Under the pieces are notes generated by a model. The model saw only the letters and a program-made list of their open reading frames with translations, was not told the DNA's origin and searched no databases. A program made the position numbers and the translations under genes. Shown here one piece after another: positions 47,063 to 48,882 of a stretch of 48,882 nt of DNA. Origin of the DNA: Burkholderiales bacterium (lineage in GTDB: Bacteria > Pseudomonadota > Gammaproteobacteria > Burkholderiales > JACMKV01); assembly GCA_013695435.1 (NCBI GenBank), contig JACDAM010000297.1, positions 1 to 48,882 of the forward strand. The letters are read 5' to 3'. Numbering within the stretch: position 1 is the first letter of the stretch; each line of letters starts with the position of its first letter.

Positions 47063-47823
47063 TCAGCAGCGCACATTCGCCGCCAGCCTGCTGGCGTCCG
47101 CGCATTGCGACGCCATCCTCGCCCGCCCGGGCATGGACGCGGACGCGCGGCTCGGCATCTATCGCAACAACGTATTCAGCAATTATCGCGAGGCGCTGCG
47201 CGCGGTTTATCCGGTCATCGAGCGCCTCGTCGGCAGCGAGTTCTTCCGCCATGCGGCCAATCGCTTCATCGCAACGCACGAATCGGTGAACGGCTACCTG
47301 CATCGTTTCGGCGAAGGCTTCGCCGATTTCCTGCAAGGTTTTCCGGGCGCCGAACACCTCGTTTTCCTGAGCGATACCGCGCATCTGGAATGGCTGATTC
47401 ACGAATCGTTTCATGCCGCGGACCATGCGCCGTTAGCGCTGCGGCGCCTGGCGGAAATCGGCCCGGGAGCAGTACGGCGCCCTGCGCTTCGAGATGCATC
47501 CGGCTTGCCGCCTGTTCGCATCGCCGTATCCGGTGCATCGCATCTGGCAGACAAATCAGCCGGAAGAACGCGGTGACGACCACGTCGATCTGGCCAGCGG
47601 CGGTGTCACGCTGCTGGTGCACCGCCGCGATTTCACTGTGGCGCTCGAACCGCTGGAAAAAAACGATTTCGCGTTGCTCAGCCTGATCGCCGCCGGGCAG
47701 CGTCTTGTGCTCGCCTGCGACCACGTGCTGCAAAGCGAGCCGGCATTTGACGCTGCGGTGTTTTTGCAGCGGCGCGTAATGGATGGGACGTTGGTGGATT
47801 TTCGCGTAGCGGGTTTTCGTTAA
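47046..47823 (+). pseudogene. bufC: DUF2063-family partner protein (BufC-like), frameshifted
   Basis: MHSLRDQQRTFAASLL...LGIYRNNVFSNYREALRAVYPVIERLVG (the DUF2063 signature). A 1-nt frame change at the G-run near 47465-47467 leads to EQYGALRFEMHPACRLFASPYPVHRIW... ending at 47823. Confidence 0.75.
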
Positions 47824-47834
47824 AGGAGATAACG

Positions 47835-48331
47835 ATGGAATTAGCGGCAAACAGAACGCAGACAATCAAGCGCGGTATCGGCTTTATCGATCGCTTCCGG
47901 CTTGCAACGCGCGTGCTCGAAGGGCTCAGCACCGTCCTCGATCTCGCGCTTCGCGTGTGGGTGGCGAACGTATTTTGGAAATCGGGACTGACCAAGATCG
48001 CGAGCTGGGATACGACGCTCGCGCTGATCGAAAACGAATATACCGTTCCTCTGCTGCCGCCGGAACTCGCGGCCGTGCGCGGCGCCGGCGCCGAAATATT
48101 TTGCCCGTGCTGCTGGTGCTGGTGCTGGGGCTGGGCTCGCGATTTGCTGCATTTGCGCTGTTCGTGTTCAACATCATCGCCGTGATCTCGTATCCCGATC
48201 TGTCGGAAGCCGGACGTACCGAACATTTTTACTGGGGCTTTTTGCTGCTTGTCACCTTGTTCCACGGGCCGGGCAAGCTGTCGATCGATCATCTGATCAG
48301 CCGCAAATTTTCAACGCGAGGCGCCGTATGA
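47835..48331 (+). pseudogene. DoxX-family membrane protein, frameshifted
   Basis: SD aaggag. ...ALRVWVANVFWKSGLTKIASWD...AAVRGAGAEI, then a frame change in the T-run at 48099-48102, then LPVLLVLVLGLGSRFAAFALFVFNIIAV...LLLVTLFHGPGKLSID. Confidence 0.7.
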
Positions 48332-48882
48332 ACGCCCCCGTCATCTGCGCGCCGTGCGAAAACCGGCTGCATCAAACCAGCATCCGCGAAACCACGCTCG
48401 ATGGACAACGCGCGATCGTCACCGGCGCCAATTCGGGTATCGGTGAGTCGATTGCGCGCGGCCTGGCCGAGGCCGGCACCGCGGTGGTCCTGAATTACGT
48501 GACCGGCGCCGAGCGCGCCGACGAGATCGTCGCCGACATCATCGCGGCCGGCGGCAAGGCGTCGCCGTCAAGGCCGACGTCAGCAACGAGTCGGAAGTGC
48601 AAGCGATGTTCCGCCGCACCTGCGCCGAATTCGGCAGCGTCGACATTCTGGTTGCCAACGCCGGCCTGCAGCAGGATGCCCCGCTGCACGAAATGACGCT
48701 GACGCAATGGAACAAGGTCATCGCGGTCAACCTGACCGGCCAGTTCCTGTGCGCGCGCGAAGCCCTGCGCGAATTTCTGCGGCGCGGCGTGCTGCGCGAC
48801 ATCTCGTGCTCGGCAGGCAAGATCATCTGCTTGTCGTCCGTGCATGACACGATTCCGTGGGCTGGGCACGTGAACTATGCGG
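48328..48882 (+). pseudogene. short-chain dehydrogenase/reductase (glucose-1-dehydrogenase-like), frameshifted and 3' end outside the window
   Basis: AIVTGANSGIGESIA (TGxxxGIG)...AAGGKA, then a 1-nt frame change near 48559-48562, then AVKADVSNESEVQAMF...DILVANAG...LSSVHDTIPWAGHVNYA. Confidence 0.7.

Noticed and set aside
1-48882. Scan for CRISPR arrays, IS elements/transposases, integrases, phage genes, toxin-antitoxin pairs or known defence systems.
   Set aside because: No regularly spaced direct repeats, transposase or integrase motifs, or defence-type domain combinations were recognised in any frame.

Overview
High-GC proteobacterial chromosomal segment. Gene content and synteny suggest Betaproteobacteria, but I cannot verify that without a search. 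About 1-27 kb is intact housekeeping: a partial SRP RNA, dnaX-ybaB-recR, rluB, dapA-bamC, roxA, bcp-slyD, suhB/trmJ-cysE-nifS-like-iscA-like, serB, psiF, mfd, CNNM and TerC exporters, ispD-ispF, thpR, and a Mo-oxidoreductase/cytochrome b pair. About 27-48.9 kb is accessory and visibly eroded. It contains (i) ompR-envZ with two small secreted proteins, one very His/Tyr/Arg-rich; (ii) a six-gene phosphonate operon (PEP mutase::nucleotidyltransferase fusion, phosphonopyruvate decarboxylase, AEP transaminase, CDP-alcohol phosphatidyltransferase, a second nucleotidyltransferase, a frameshifted 2OG oxygenase) convergent with an MprF-flippase-like membrane protein, which fits a phosphonolipid synthesis/translocation module; (iii) a bufferin/gig-type RiPP operon (DUF2282 precursor, DUF692 MNIO enzyme, DUF2063, DoxX); (iv) an orphan multi-GAF histidine kinase. 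Nine genes in this half carry frameshifts, in-frame stops or a deletion, and I found none in the first half. Other items are a REP-like hairpin family (CCCTCCCC-loop-GGGGAGG), an inverted-repeat element after envZ, and an unexplained ~240-nt structured intergenic element at 7.87-8.11 kb. I saw no CRISPR array, IS element, integrase, rRNA or tRNA. All calls come from reading the translations and motifs by eye, with no searches run.
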